A stretch of 43,265 bases of DNA from Candidatus Woesearchaeota archaeon. Its GTDB lineage: Archaea > Nanobdellota > Nanobdellia > Pacearchaeales > GW2011-AR1. The notes under the pieces were generated by a model. The model made no database searches. It worked only from the letters and a program-made list of their open reading frames with translations, and was not told where the DNA came from. Below, piece by piece: positions 1 through 8,380 of the stretch (position 1 is the first letter of the stretch; each line of letters starts with the position of its first letter). Position numbers and translations under genes: made by a program. Where the stretch lies: positions 1 to 43,265 of the forward strand of contig CAYJSG010000002.1 of the NCBI GenBank assembly GCA_964372815.1, in the 5' to 3' direction.

Positions 1-137
1 TGGGACTATTTGGCATAATTTGCTCTTTCTATTTGGCTAATTTTGTCCCACACCCACCAGTTGATATAGCTCTAGAAAAACATATTCTTTATGCCAGAGG
101 AATAAAATAATTTTAAGATCAAGTTATTATAAAAGAT

Positions 138-848
138 TTATTTTGCATCCCAAATACTTTCTAGATGTTCAAAATCAGAGTCATAATCAGTATATTTTTT
201 TCTAACACTACCCAATCCAGAAACTTTCAATTGTTCAGGATAAGGAATTTTTGTTCCGAAATACTCATTTAAAATAGGAGCAGTCACATGTGCTGTGGAA
301 AATTCACCAGCTGCTTCAAGCTGACTTAAATTATATACCCCAATAAAACCTTCAGTATAAAATCTTTTTCCAGCATTGATATTATCTCTTACACACTCAA
401 TAACTTCCTGTGAAACAATAGAAAAAAAAGCGCTATAAATTGCTTTATAAATATCACTCATTTGTACGTTTTCTCTTCTTTCTCCCCTAGTTCTAGCCAT
501 AATAGCTCTAGCATCAACAAAAAAATCATCATATGCTCTTACATTATTTAATATACCGCTTCTGATAAGTGTAATGTCTTCCAAACTTGCCCATTGAATT
601 ACTCTTCCTTTCCAGTCAACGTTTTTTTCTTCTCTAGCTATTTCTTCTTCGACCTCTCTCTTTAAAACATCAAGTGGCCCTCTTGTTTTATCAGCTTGTT
701 CAGGATTTCCTCCAAGCAAATTAGGCGCGCTAGCATAGATTATTCTAGGATAACCTCCATCATATCCAGAAAGAATCACTTCACATCTACCATTTTGAGA
801 ATAAACAAACATCACACTAGGATGCGCATTAAGTTGCCTTCTTTCCAT
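138..848 (-). CDS. Hypothetical protein, possible divergent Nudix-fold hydrolase
   Basis: 236-aa ORF. GGNPEQADKTRGPLDVLKREVEEEI resembles a Nudix box (REVEEE core) but has a lengthened loop and no terminal G. A TATA-like box lies 23-32 nt upstream. The product call is tentative. Confidence 0.5.
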   Translation of the reverse strand: MERRQLNAHPSVMFVYSQNGRCEVILSGYDGGYPRIIYASAPNLLGGNPEQADKTRGPLDVLKREVEEEIAREEKNVDWKGRVIQWASLEDITLIRSGILNNVRAYDDFFVDARAIMARTRGERRENVQMSDIYKAIYSAFFSIVSQEVIECVRDNINAGKRFYTEGFIGVYNLSQLEAAGEFSTAHVTAPILNEYFGTKIPYPEQLKVSGLGSVRKKYTDYDSDFEHLESIWDAK

Positions 849-870
849 AATTAATCCTGTTAAACTCCAT

Positions 871-880
871 TTTTAAATAT
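871..880 (-). promoter_or_regulatory. TATA-like box for CDS 138..848
   Basis: Minus strand reads ATATTTAAAA, 23-32 nt upstream of the ATG at 848. No SD lies between them. Confidence 0.5.
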
Positions 881-933
881 GTTTATAATAATAAATGTAT
901 TTTGTAGTATCTATCTAATCAACTTTAATAATA

Positions 934-941
934 TTTATAAA
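934..941 (+). promoter_or_regulatory. TATA-like box for CDS 963..1916
   Basis: TTTATAAA starts 29 nt upstream of the ATG at 963. No SD. Confidence 0.5.
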
Positions 942-962
942 CTATCAAGGAAATAAAATTTA

Positions 963-1916
963 ATGAATAATGCAAAAGAAAAAGTCTTGATAACAGGAGG
1001 TTCAGGCTATTTAGGCTCTGTTTTAACAGGACATTTATTAGAAAAAGGCTACGAAGTAACTTGTCTTGATAATTTAATGTACGGACAAAAATCTCTTCTT
1101 ATCTATGCTTCTAATCCAAACTTTAATTTTATTTATGGGGATGCAAGAAACAAAAAATTATTAGAAAAAATTCTTCCAGAATTTGATGTGATTATTCCTT
1201 TAGCAGCAATTGTAGGCATGCCTGTCTGTGACTTAAAACCATTAGAAGCAGAATCAATTAATAGAGATGCAGTAATTTTAATTAATGAACTACGTTCCCT
1301 ACAACAAAAATTAATTTATCCAAATACAAATTCAGGCTATGGCACAAAAACAGGAGAGATGTTTTGCACAGAAGAAACTCCTTTAGAGCCAGTTTCTTTA
1401 TATGGGATAACAAAATGCCAGGCAGAAAGCTCTCTTTTAAGTTCAGGTAAGCCCACAATAGTTCTAAGATTAGCAACTGTTTTTGGCTTATCCCCCAGAA
1501 TGAGAACTGATTTATTAGTTAATGACTTCGTTTACAAGGCAATGAATGATTCTTATATTATAATTTATCAGAAAGACTTCAAAAGAAATTATATTCATAT
1601 TAAAGATGTTGCTCGTGTTTTTGAACATTGTATAATTAATTTTGAAAAAATGAAAAACAATATTTACAATGTTGGTTTAGAAGATGCCAATCTTTCAAAA
1701 GCAGAGCTGGCAGAAAAAATAAGATCTTATATTCCGAAATTTGAAATTGTTTATAAAGAAGTTGGGGAAGATCCTGATAAAAGAAATTATATAGTGTCAA
1801 ATCAAAAAATCCTTAAAACCGGGTTCTCTCCAATTTACTCATTAGACTATGGAATAAAAGAATTAATCAAAGGTTTCTCAATTTTATTAAAAAACGATCC
1901 CTATAAAAATCTCTAA
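963..1916 (+). CDS. NAD-dependent sugar-nucleotide epimerase/dehydratase (extended SDR)
   Basis: N-terminal Rossmann motif ITGGSGYLGS and catalytic YGITK (YxxxK). 317 aa, typical for this family. Confidence 0.85.
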   Translation: MNNAKEKVLITGGSGYLGSVLTGHLLEKGYEVTCLDNLMYGQKSLLIYASNPNFNFIYGDARNKKLLEKILPEFDVIIPLAAIVGMPVCDLKPLEAESINRDAVILINELRSLQQKLIYPNTNSGYGTKTGEMFCTEETPLEPVSLYGITKCQAESSLLSSGKPTIVLRLATVFGLSPRMRTDLLVNDFVYKAMNDSYIIIYQKDFKRNYIHIKDVARVFEHCIINFEKMKNNIYNVGLEDANLSKAELAEKIRSYIPKFEIVYKEVGEDPDKRNYIVSNQKILKTGFSPIYSLDYGIKELIKGFSILLKNDPYKNL

Positions 1917-1917
1917 A

Positions 1918-2490
1918 ATGGAAAAAATAGTCTTTTTAGATAGAGATGGAGTTATAAATGTAGAAAAAGAATTATTGCATGAAAAGTTAGACATGGAGTT
2001 AATTCCTCAATCTGCAGAAGCAATAAGGCTTCTAAATGAAAATAATTATAAAGTTATTATCATAACAAATCAGCCAGTTATAGCAAGAGGTCTTTGCACA
2101 TTAGAAGAGCTAGCAGAAATTCACAAATATATGGGCGCTCTCTTAGCAGAAAAAAAAGCAAGAATAGATAGAATTTATTTTTGCCCGCATCATCCAACAG
2201 TAGGAAATAATTCTTTCTACACCAGAGAATGCGATTGCAGAAAACCAAAACCAGGTTTAATCTTTCAAGCACAAAAAGATTTCAATATAAAAAATTTATC
2301 AGAATGTTATATGATCGGAGATAAAATAGCAGACATAAAAACAGGTTTTCTAGCTGGCTGTAAAACAATCCTTGTTGAAACAGGTTATGGAGGTAATGAA
2401 AGATTTAACGACGCAGTTCCTGATTACAAAGCAAAAGATTTATACGAAGCAGTTACGAATATAATCTTAAAAAATGAAACTCTTAATTAA
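1918..2490 (+). CDS. gmhB: GmhB-like HAD phosphatase (D-glycero-D-manno-heptose 1,7-bisphosphate phosphatase family)
   Basis: HAD motif I FLDRDGVIN, Zn-loop CPHHP...CDCRKPKPG, and GDKIAD motif. The start lies 1 nt after the upstream stop. Confidence 0.8.
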   Translation: MEKIVFLDRDGVINVEKELLHEKLDMELIPQSAEAIRLLNENNYKVIIITNQPVIARGLCTLEELAEIHKYMGALLAEKKARIDRIYFCPHHPTVGNNSFYTRECDCRKPKPGLIFQAQKDFNIKNLSECYMIGDKIADIKTGFLAGCKTILVETGYGGNERFNDAVPDYKAKDLYEAVTNIILKNETLN

Positions 2491-3190
2491 TACGGGCGGC
2501 AGAGGAGAAAGATTAATGCCCTTAACCAAAGATATCCCAAAATCTTTAGTTAAAATAGTTGACAAACCAGTATTACATCATCTAATAAATTGGGCAAAAA
2601 AACAAGATATAAGAGATATAATAATGCTTAATGGCTATAAGGCAGAAAAGATTATAGAATATTTTAAAGATGGGAAGGAGTTTGATATAAATATAGCTCA
2701 TTCAATTGAACCATCTCCATTGGGCAGTGGAGGTTCAATAAAATTTGCAAAGCCTCATATAAATAGCGAGTTTGCTTACATTTCAGGCGATTTATTATGT
2801 GCAATAGATTTTAAAAAAATGTTAATATTTCATAAGAAGAATAAAGCAGACATTACAGTATTAGTGCATAAATCAAGTCATCCTCATGATTCAGATATAT
2901 TAAAGATTAATGAAGAAGGAATGGTTGAGAGATTTATTTCTAAGCATGATGACCATAATGGTGCTGGAGACCTCTCTAATGCTGGTTTGTGTATTATGCA
3001 CCCTAAAATCTTAGACTTGATGGATAAAGAAGTATTTACTCTAGAAACCTATTTATATCCAAGAATAATACAAAACAATTTAGGATTCTTCGCTTACGAT
3101 ACGGATGAATTTATTGCAGATATGGGCACGTTTGACAGACTAAAGAAATGTGAAGATTTTGTAGTAAAAAATTTACATTTGTTTAACTAA
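2474..3190 (+). CDS. Sugar-1-phosphate nucleotidyltransferase (HddC/ManC-like)
   Basis: N-terminal GGRGERLMPLTKDIPKSLV signature of NTP_transferase enzymes. Overlaps the gmhB-like gene by 17 nt. Confidence 0.8.
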   Translation: MKLLINTGGRGERLMPLTKDIPKSLVKIVDKPVLHHLINWAKKQDIRDIIMLNGYKAEKIIEYFKDGKEFDINIAHSIEPSPLGSGGSIKFAKPHINSEFAYISGDLLCAIDFKKMLIFHKKNKADITVLVHKSSHPHDSDILKINEEGMVERFISKHDDHNGAGDLSNAGLCIMHPKILDLMDKEVFTLETYLYPRIIQNNLGFFAYDTDEFIADMGTFDRLKKCEDFVVKNLHLFN

Positions 3191-4051
3191 TCTTCCAAAA
3201 ATCTCTTCAGCCAGATTTTCATGAGCGGCGACAAATCCAACAGCTCTTTTATCAGGATGATAATGTCTAACTTCAAGTCTATCCAACCTATTTATTTCCT
3301 CTCCTTCCATTTCATAAAAGATAACTTTTCCTCCTGCTTCCTCAACAATTAATTTTCCAGCGGCCCAATCCCATGGACATACTAATGGCTGAATCAAAGC
3401 ATCTGCCTTGCCAGCAGCAACTAATCCTAAAGGCAATGCACAAGATCCGTTAGAATTTGTCGTTCTACAGAGATCACTTAATTCATGTACTGTAGCATTA
3501 TGTTTCTTATATTTAGTTAGAAAACAATCAACCCCAAAAATAAGATAAGAATCTTTCAATTCTCTATGAGCGACTTCTATTTTTTTCTTTCCTTTTCTAT
3601 TCTCTAGAAAAGCTCCTTCCCCAAGAGAAGCATAAAAAACCAGCCCGCTATCTATTTTAGGAGCAAAAACAGCCCCCGCTTTATGTTCTAAATTCTCAAC
3701 ATATCCGACAGATATACTCCACTCATAATGTCCAATATTAAAACTACTTGATCCATCAAGTTCATCAATAATATAAACTCCTGAATCTCTCATCCTTTCC
3801 AAAGAATCTGCTTGTATCAATCTTTCTTTGAAATTCTTATCTTTAACATGCTCTTCAGTCATGAATAGGGTATTTTCTCCTCTAAGTTCTTTTAAAATAG
3901 CTGCTTGAGACATATAATCTGCAGCAGTTACTATAGCATGATGCCCGACATATTTGTCATTTTTTGTAACTACTTTTCTAGCTGAATAATCTGCAATTTT
4001 CTCCCCTCCAGCTATCGCCGCTCCTATACAATGATTCAAAAAATCAGTCAT
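3173..4051 (-). CDS. Inositol monophosphatase / FBPase family phosphatase (paralog 1)
   Basis: Motifs IIDELDGSSSF (the DPxDGT-type metal site) and CPWDWAAG. 292 aa. Confidence 0.85.
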   Translation of the reverse strand: MTDFLNHCIGAAIAGGEKIADYSARKVVTKNDKYVGHHAIVTAADYMSQAAILKELRGENTLFMTEEHVKDKNFKERLIQADSLERMRDSGVYIIDELDGSSSFNIGHYEWSISVGYVENLEHKAGAVFAPKIDSGLVFYASLGEGAFLENRKGKKKIEVAHRELKDSYLIFGVDCFLTKYKKHNATVHELSDLCRTTNSNGSCALPLGLVAAGKADALIQPLVCPWDWAAGKLIVEEAGGKVIFYEMEGEEINRLDRLEVRHYHPDKRAVGFVAAHENLAEEIFGRLVKQM

Positions 4052-4073
4052 TTAATATTTCATGTAAATTCAT

Positions 4074-4083
4074 TTTTAAATAT
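4074..4083 (-). promoter_or_regulatory. TATA-like box for CDS 3173..4051
   Basis: Minus strand reads ATATTTAAAA, 23-32 nt upstream of the ATG at 4051. Confidence 0.5.
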
Positions 4084-4112
4084 TATTGTGGTCTAGATTA
4101 ATTCTCCATAAT

Positions 4113-4122
4113 CTTTATATAA
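4113..4122 (+). promoter_or_regulatory. TATA-like box upstream of uORF/CDS 4174..6210
   Basis: CTTTATATAA lies 26-35 nt upstream of the ATG at 4148, but about 55-60 nt upstream of the main ATG at 4174. Confidence 0.4.
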
Positions 4123-4147
4123 CATCTCCACAATCCCAATTGTTAAA

Positions 4148-4177
4148 ATGAAAGGAGAAAAAGAGCGTAAATTATGA
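4148..4177 (+). other. Candidate 9-codon upstream ORF (MKGEKERKL) whose stop overlaps the main ATG (ATGA)
   Basis: ATG at 4148 and TGA at 4175-4177, overlapping the ATG at 4174-4176. It sits at the spacing from the TATA box that other genes in the window use for their start codon. Confidence 0.25.
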
Positions 4178-6210
4178 AAGCAATTATTCTCGCGGGAGGG
4201 TTAAGTTCAGGATTAAAATCAGGCGCAGGAGATGTCTCAAGACCAATGGCAATGATCGCGGGTCAGCCATTTCTCGAGCATCAAATCAGGTCTCTTAGAG
4301 ACTTCGGAATAAAAGAGATTATTTTAGCCGTCTATAATACAGCCAACACAATAAAATCCTATTTTGGAAATGGTTTGAGATTGGCAGTAGATATAACCTA
4401 TTCTGAAGAAGACTTTCCTCTGGGAACCGCAGGAGCAATTAAAAAGGCAGAGAAATATATTGACGACACTTTCCTAGTATTAAATGGAGACTCGTATTCA
4501 AACGTAGATATTAATGAATTAATAGAATTCCATAATTCAAAAAGAAGTAATTTCACTCTATCTCTAACAAAAATATTAGACACCTCTCGTTATGGAAATG
4601 TGATCTTGAAAGAAAACAAGATTATAGAATTCTTAGAAAAAACAGAATCACCAAATCCCAATGCACTTATAAACAGCGGAGTTTATGTTTTTGAACCAAA
4701 AATATTTGATTATATAGAACCAGAAAAGAACATTTCTTTAGAAAAAGAGATATTTCCCAGATTAGCAAAAGAAAATCTTCTATTCGGATACATTTACAAT
4801 GGTTACTTTAGAGACATAGGGCAACCAGAAACTTATCAAAAATTCAAGGAAGATGTTATTAATACTCTTCAACTTAAAGAGATACATAAAGTAAGAGATG
4901 CAATGAACAAAATAACAAAGAGTGGAATAAATATCGTCTTGGTTACAAACGAGGATAAAAAACTTCTTGGAGTTGTTAATGATAGAATAATGAAAGAATA
5001 CATGCTTAGAGGAGGAAATCTGGACGACACTTTAAGCAAGGCAATGATTCGAGATCCAATAATCGCAAAAGAGTCAGAAGGAAAAGACAGAATTTCAGAA
5101 CTATTAATGGCAGGGATAAATCATCTGCCAGTTGTAGACGACTTTAGAAGAATAAAGGACGTTGAATTTAGAGTAGAAAAGCTAAAAACAGAAACTTTTC
5201 CAGTAATCAGAGGAAGAGCACCTTTAAGAATAAGTTTTGCTGGTGGAGGTACAGATATTCAAAATTTCTTTGAAAAATACGGAGGAGTTGTCATAAATGC
5301 TACAATAGACAAATATTGTCATGCCACTCTAATTAAAAGAGCGGACTCAAAAATAATAATAAACTCAGATTTAGGAGAAGATCTAATAATAGATTCAAGA
5401 AGCGATTTACATTATGACGGTAGATTTGATTTAATCAAATCAGTTATAAATATTCTCAAGCCTGATTTCGGTTTTGAATTATATCTTCATAATGATTTAC
5501 CTCCAGGTAGGGGCCTAGGTTCTTCAGCTTCTTTATCCACCCTAATAATAAGCCTCTTAAGCTACTTGCAGGATGCACATTACGACGATTATAAAATTGC
5601 TGAATTAGCTTATAAAGTAGAAAGAGAAGAGCTAAAAATAAAAGGGGGTTGGCAGGATCAGTATGCAGCAGTAACAGGAGGATTTAATTTTATGGAATTT
5701 AATGGAGAAAAAAAAATTATTTATCCCTTAAAATTAAAAGAAGAAGTTATAAACGAATTAAATCATCATATGCTTCTTTGTTATGTAGGAAAATCTCATA
5801 ATTCAGGAGACATTCACAAAAGTCAAGAAAGATCCTTTGAACAAAATGAATCATTAGTTGCTAATTACAAAGAATTAAAAAAAATAGCTATCGAAATAAA
5901 AGACGCTCTTTTGACAAACCAGATAGAAAAAATAGGAACTCTTTTAAATGAAGCCTGGGAAAATAAAAGAAAGTTAGAATCGTCAATTTCAGATCAAATT
6001 ATAGATACTATTTACACGATAGGCTTAAAAAACGGTGCTCATGGAGGAAAATTACTTGGAGCAGGTGGTGGAGGCTATATTTTGTTTTTCTATTCTCCAA
6101 AAAAAAGAAACCAGCTTACAAAAGCATTAGAAAAATCAGGAGGTCAGATAATGAATTTTAACTTTGAGTTTAAAGGAATTCAATTATGGCCTGCAAAACA
6201 AAAAGCCTAG
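4174..6210 (+). CDS. Fusion protein: sugar-1-P nucleotidyltransferase + CBS pair + GHMP sugar kinase (HddA/fucokinase-like)
   Basis: N-terminus ILAGGLSSG...PFLEH (NTP_transferase). Central tandem CBS-like repeats (about residues 236-335). C-terminus PLRISFAGGGTD and PPGRGLGSSASL (GHMP motifs), plus GAGGGGY. Confidence 0.85.
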   Translation: MKAIILAGGLSSGLKSGAGDVSRPMAMIAGQPFLEHQIRSLRDFGIKEIILAVYNTANTIKSYFGNGLRLAVDITYSEEDFPLGTAGAIKKAEKYIDDTFLVLNGDSYSNVDINELIEFHNSKRSNFTLSLTKILDTSRYGNVILKENKIIEFLEKTESPNPNALINSGVYVFEPKIFDYIEPEKNISLEKEIFPRLAKENLLFGYIYNGYFRDIGQPETYQKFKEDVINTLQLKEIHKVRDAMNKITKSGINIVLVTNEDKKLLGVVNDRIMKEYMLRGGNLDDTLSKAMIRDPIIAKESEGKDRISELLMAGINHLPVVDDFRRIKDVEFRVEKLKTETFPVIRGRAPLRISFAGGGTDIQNFFEKYGGVVINATIDKYCHATLIKRADSKIIINSDLGEDLIIDSRSDLHYDGRFDLIKSVINILKPDFGFELYLHNDLPPGRGLGSSASLSTLIISLLSYLQDAHYDDYKIAELAYKVEREELKIKGGWQDQYAAVTGGFNFMEFNGEKKIIYPLKLKEEVINELNHHMLLCYVGKSHNSGDIHKSQERSFEQNESLVANYKELKKIAIEIKDALLTNQIEKIGTLLNEAWENKRKLESSISDQIIDTIYTIGLKNGAHGGKLLGAGGGGYILFFYSPKKRNQLTKALEKSGGQIMNFNFEFKGIQLWPAKQKA

Positions 6211-6298
6211 AAAGCGATAAATCAACTATTCTCATAGAAATACCAGATCTGTATAATATCGAGTAACTTAAAAATTAATGTTTTTAATTACACAAATA

Positions 6299-6306
6299 CT
6301 TTTAAA
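6299..6306 (+). promoter_or_regulatory. TATA-like box for CDS 6328..7212
   Basis: CTTTTAAA about 28 nt upstream of the ATG at 6328. No SD. Confidence 0.5.
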
Positions 6307-6327
6307 CCATATCTTCATTCTCTTACA

Positions 6328-7212
6328 ATGGATTATGAATCAGAGTTAGAATTTACAATAGAAACGGCACGATTAGCAGGCAATTTATTAATGGAGAATT
6401 TTGGAGGACAACATAGTCCACAATGGACTTCTGAAACAAAAGAAACCAATTTTAAAATAGCAATGGACAAAAAAAGTGATAATTTAATAAGAACAGCTAT
6501 AAAGCAAAGTTTCCCAGAAGACGATATTTATTCAGAAGAAGCAGAGGATGTAGACAGAGGCAGGGAAAGAAAATGGGTTTTCGATCCAATAGACGGAACA
6601 GAACCGTATGCTAACCATACAAGTAATAATTGGAGTGTAGCTATAGCATTAATCAAAGATAAAACTCCTGTTCTTGGAGTTGTTTATATGCCACAAAGAG
6701 GAGAACTCTATCGCGCGGTTACAGGTAATGGTGCTTATTGCAATAATATTCCTATCAGAGTTTCACAAGAATCTAGCATCAACAAAGTACGTATGGGTGT
6801 TGATGGTGGTAAGAAGATAGATGGCTGGTTCGATGCAAATTCCCTTAGTATATTAAAAAATAGACTTGAGCCAAATATTGCAATCCTTCTAGGTTTTGCT
6901 TGCGCTTCTGTTCCATTATGTCAGGTTGCGAGCGGCTTCCCTGATTCAAGACTGCCAAGAGTAGGAAGATTAGAGGCCTATCTCGGTGGAGCTTTAGAGC
7001 CATGGGATATGGCAGCAGAAGTTCCAATAATCAGAGAAGTAGGCGGAAAGGTTACACATCTATCAGGAAAAGAATGGCAGTTTAGTAAATATAAACAAGG
7101 TGATCCTACAATTCTTGCTGCAAATCCAGTTCTACACCAAAAGTTAATAGATTATCTTTCGGCGGAGATAGATCTTTATTACACCAAAAACGGGTTTGCA
7201 ATTTACAAATAA
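6328..7212 (+). CDS. Inositol monophosphatase family phosphatase (paralog 2)
   Basis: Motifs WVFDPIDGTEPY and EPWDMAAE. 294 aa. Confidence 0.85.
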   Translation: MDYESELEFTIETARLAGNLLMENFGGQHSPQWTSETKETNFKIAMDKKSDNLIRTAIKQSFPEDDIYSEEAEDVDRGRERKWVFDPIDGTEPYANHTSNNWSVAIALIKDKTPVLGVVYMPQRGELYRAVTGNGAYCNNIPIRVSQESSINKVRMGVDGGKKIDGWFDANSLSILKNRLEPNIAILLGFACASVPLCQVASGFPDSRLPRVGRLEAYLGGALEPWDMAAEVPIIREVGGKVTHLSGKEWQFSKYKQGDPTILAANPVLHQKLIDYLSAEIDLYYTKNGFAIYK

Positions 7213-7300
7213 TTGAGGACATTGCAGAAATCGTAACCAGCGTCGTAGAACCAAGATGATCAGAATAAGAATTTAGCTCCCGAATTATCTTTCTTAGCAA

Positions 7301-7480
7301 CTAATTTATCATTTGCGTAAATATATGTTTCATTAAGAATTGTGCCATTTGTATAACAAACATGAATGAAGTTATCAGATATACTATTAAGACCACTGCG
7401 CTAGCATTGATTATTGTTACTAATTGATTAAATCCGTTATATGAATAATTCCTACCAAAGCCTTTAAAGAAATACTTAAA
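7301..7480 (-). pseudogene. Possible YD/RHS-repeat gene fragment (3' piece)
   Basis: The minus frame reads KGFGRNYSYNGFNQLVTI, a YD-repeat-like motif, with no credible start. The rest of the 224-aa ORF is low-complexity antisense of the TA genes. Confidence 0.3.
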
Positions 7481-7514
7481 AAAGTTTATATATTTCCAAT
7501 TAAGTTTTATATTT

Positions 7515-7748
7515 ATGAGCGAAATAACTATTTCCATACCTGAAGAATTAGAGGAAGATATAAGAAGACTATCAAAAATAAAACTTTCATTAGCTATTGC
7601 TAAGATGATAAAACCAGAACTGGAAAAATCAGCAAGACTTAAGTCTATTATTTCTAAATCTAAATTAATAGAAGAAGATGTTAAAGAACTCTCAAATGAA
7701 ACAGATAAGGCATTATCTGAAAGATTCAGAAAATCTGTAAAAGAATAA
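7515..7748 (+). CDS. VapB-like antitoxin (archaeal PIN-associated family)
   Basis: 77 aa, reading MSEITISIPEELEEDIRRL...SKSKLIEEDVKELS. It lies immediately upstream of a PIN-type start (MFIVVDSNI). Confidence 0.6.
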   Translation: MSEITISIPEELEEDIRRLSKIKLSLAIAKMIKPELEKSARLKSIISKSKLIEEDVKELSNETDKALSERFRKSVKE

Positions 7749-7754
7749 TTTAAA

Positions 7755-8059
7755 ATGTTTATTGTTGTTGATAGTAATATCAAAGGGGAAAACCTTATAA
7801 AATTGAATATATTAGAATTAATAGAGAAAATGGAAGAGATAAAAGTAAAAATTCCAGAAACATTGAGAGAAGATAGAAGGAAAATTGAGAGAGAGGTAGC
7901 AGAGCTTATTTCTTCTGAAGAGAAGATAAAACTATTATCTGTTTTTTTAGATAATGCAATGAAGGGGCTAATCAAATAAGGGATGAAGAATTAGTTGAAT
8001 TTGGAAGAAAGATTAAGAAAGGAAGATTTAATGAGCTGAAAAAAAATAGGATTAATTAA
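7755..8059 (+). pseudogene. PIN N-terminal stub (25 codons) fused in frame to a second, frameshifted antitoxin copy
   Basis: MFIVVDSNI... runs into MEEIKVKIPETLREDRRKIE at 7830, which parallels the first antitoxin. The C-terminal part DEELVEFGRKIKKGRFNELKK continues in another frame from 7982 to the stop at 8057-8059. Confidence 0.5.
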
Positions 8060-8380
8060 ATGAGGCTAACAATTGATACTAATGAATTATTTTCTTTTTT
8101 CAATGAAAAATCAAAAGTTAGAGAATTATCACTTCTTCCTGAATTAGAACTTAGAGAATTATCACTTCTTCCTGAATTAGAACTATATGCGCCCTCATAT
8201 GCATTATAAGAAATTGGAAAATATAGGAGAGACGTTATAAAGAAATTTAATTTATCTAACTTTCAATTTGACACAATTGAGAATTTTTTGCATATTATTA
8301 TTAAATTTATTGATGCAGATGAATATGAAGAGAACTTCGCAGAAGCAAAGAAACTCTCTCCTGATCCAGATTTTACTTAA
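8060..8380 (+). pseudogene. PIN-domain (VapC-like) toxin pseudogene
   Basis: MRLTIDTNELFSFF start, an in-frame 11-codon tandem duplication, and an in-frame TAA at 8207-8209. The frame then continues (EIGKYRRDVIKKF...AKKLSPDPDFT) and ends prematurely at 8378-8380. Confidence 0.6.
8120..8185. repeat. Perfectly in-frame 33-bp tandem duplication (2 copies, 32/33 identical)
   Basis: 8120-8152 agagaattatcacttcttcctgaattagaactt; 8153-8185 is the same sequence with a final a. It encodes RELSLLPELEL twice. Confidence 0.95.

Noticed and set aside
3-107. Open frame at the left window edge (GLFGIICSFYLANFVPHPPVDIALEKHILYARGIK-stop)
   Set aside because: It has only 35 codons, no recognisable motif and no start within the window. 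That is too little evidence to call a partial CDS.
6845-7027. Locally GC-richer patch inside IMPase paralog 2 as evidence of recent horizontal transfer
   Set aside because: It was judged by eye only and coincides with a Gly/Ala/Pro-rich conserved motif region (…EPWDMAAE…). Without computed composition or phylogeny this is not supportable.
7301-7975. 224-aa minus-strand ORF in the supplied track
   Set aside because: It is mostly Ser/Ile/Leu/Phe low-complexity sequence and lies exactly antisense to the recognisable antitoxin/PIN genes. Only its last 180 nt or so were kept, as a possible YD-repeat fragment.
8120-8185. Possible CRISPR or minisatellite
   Set aside because: There are only two directly abutting copies with no spacers, and they lie in frame inside a PIN pseudogene. 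This is a slippage duplication, not an array. I saw no other periodic repeat-spacer structure in the window.
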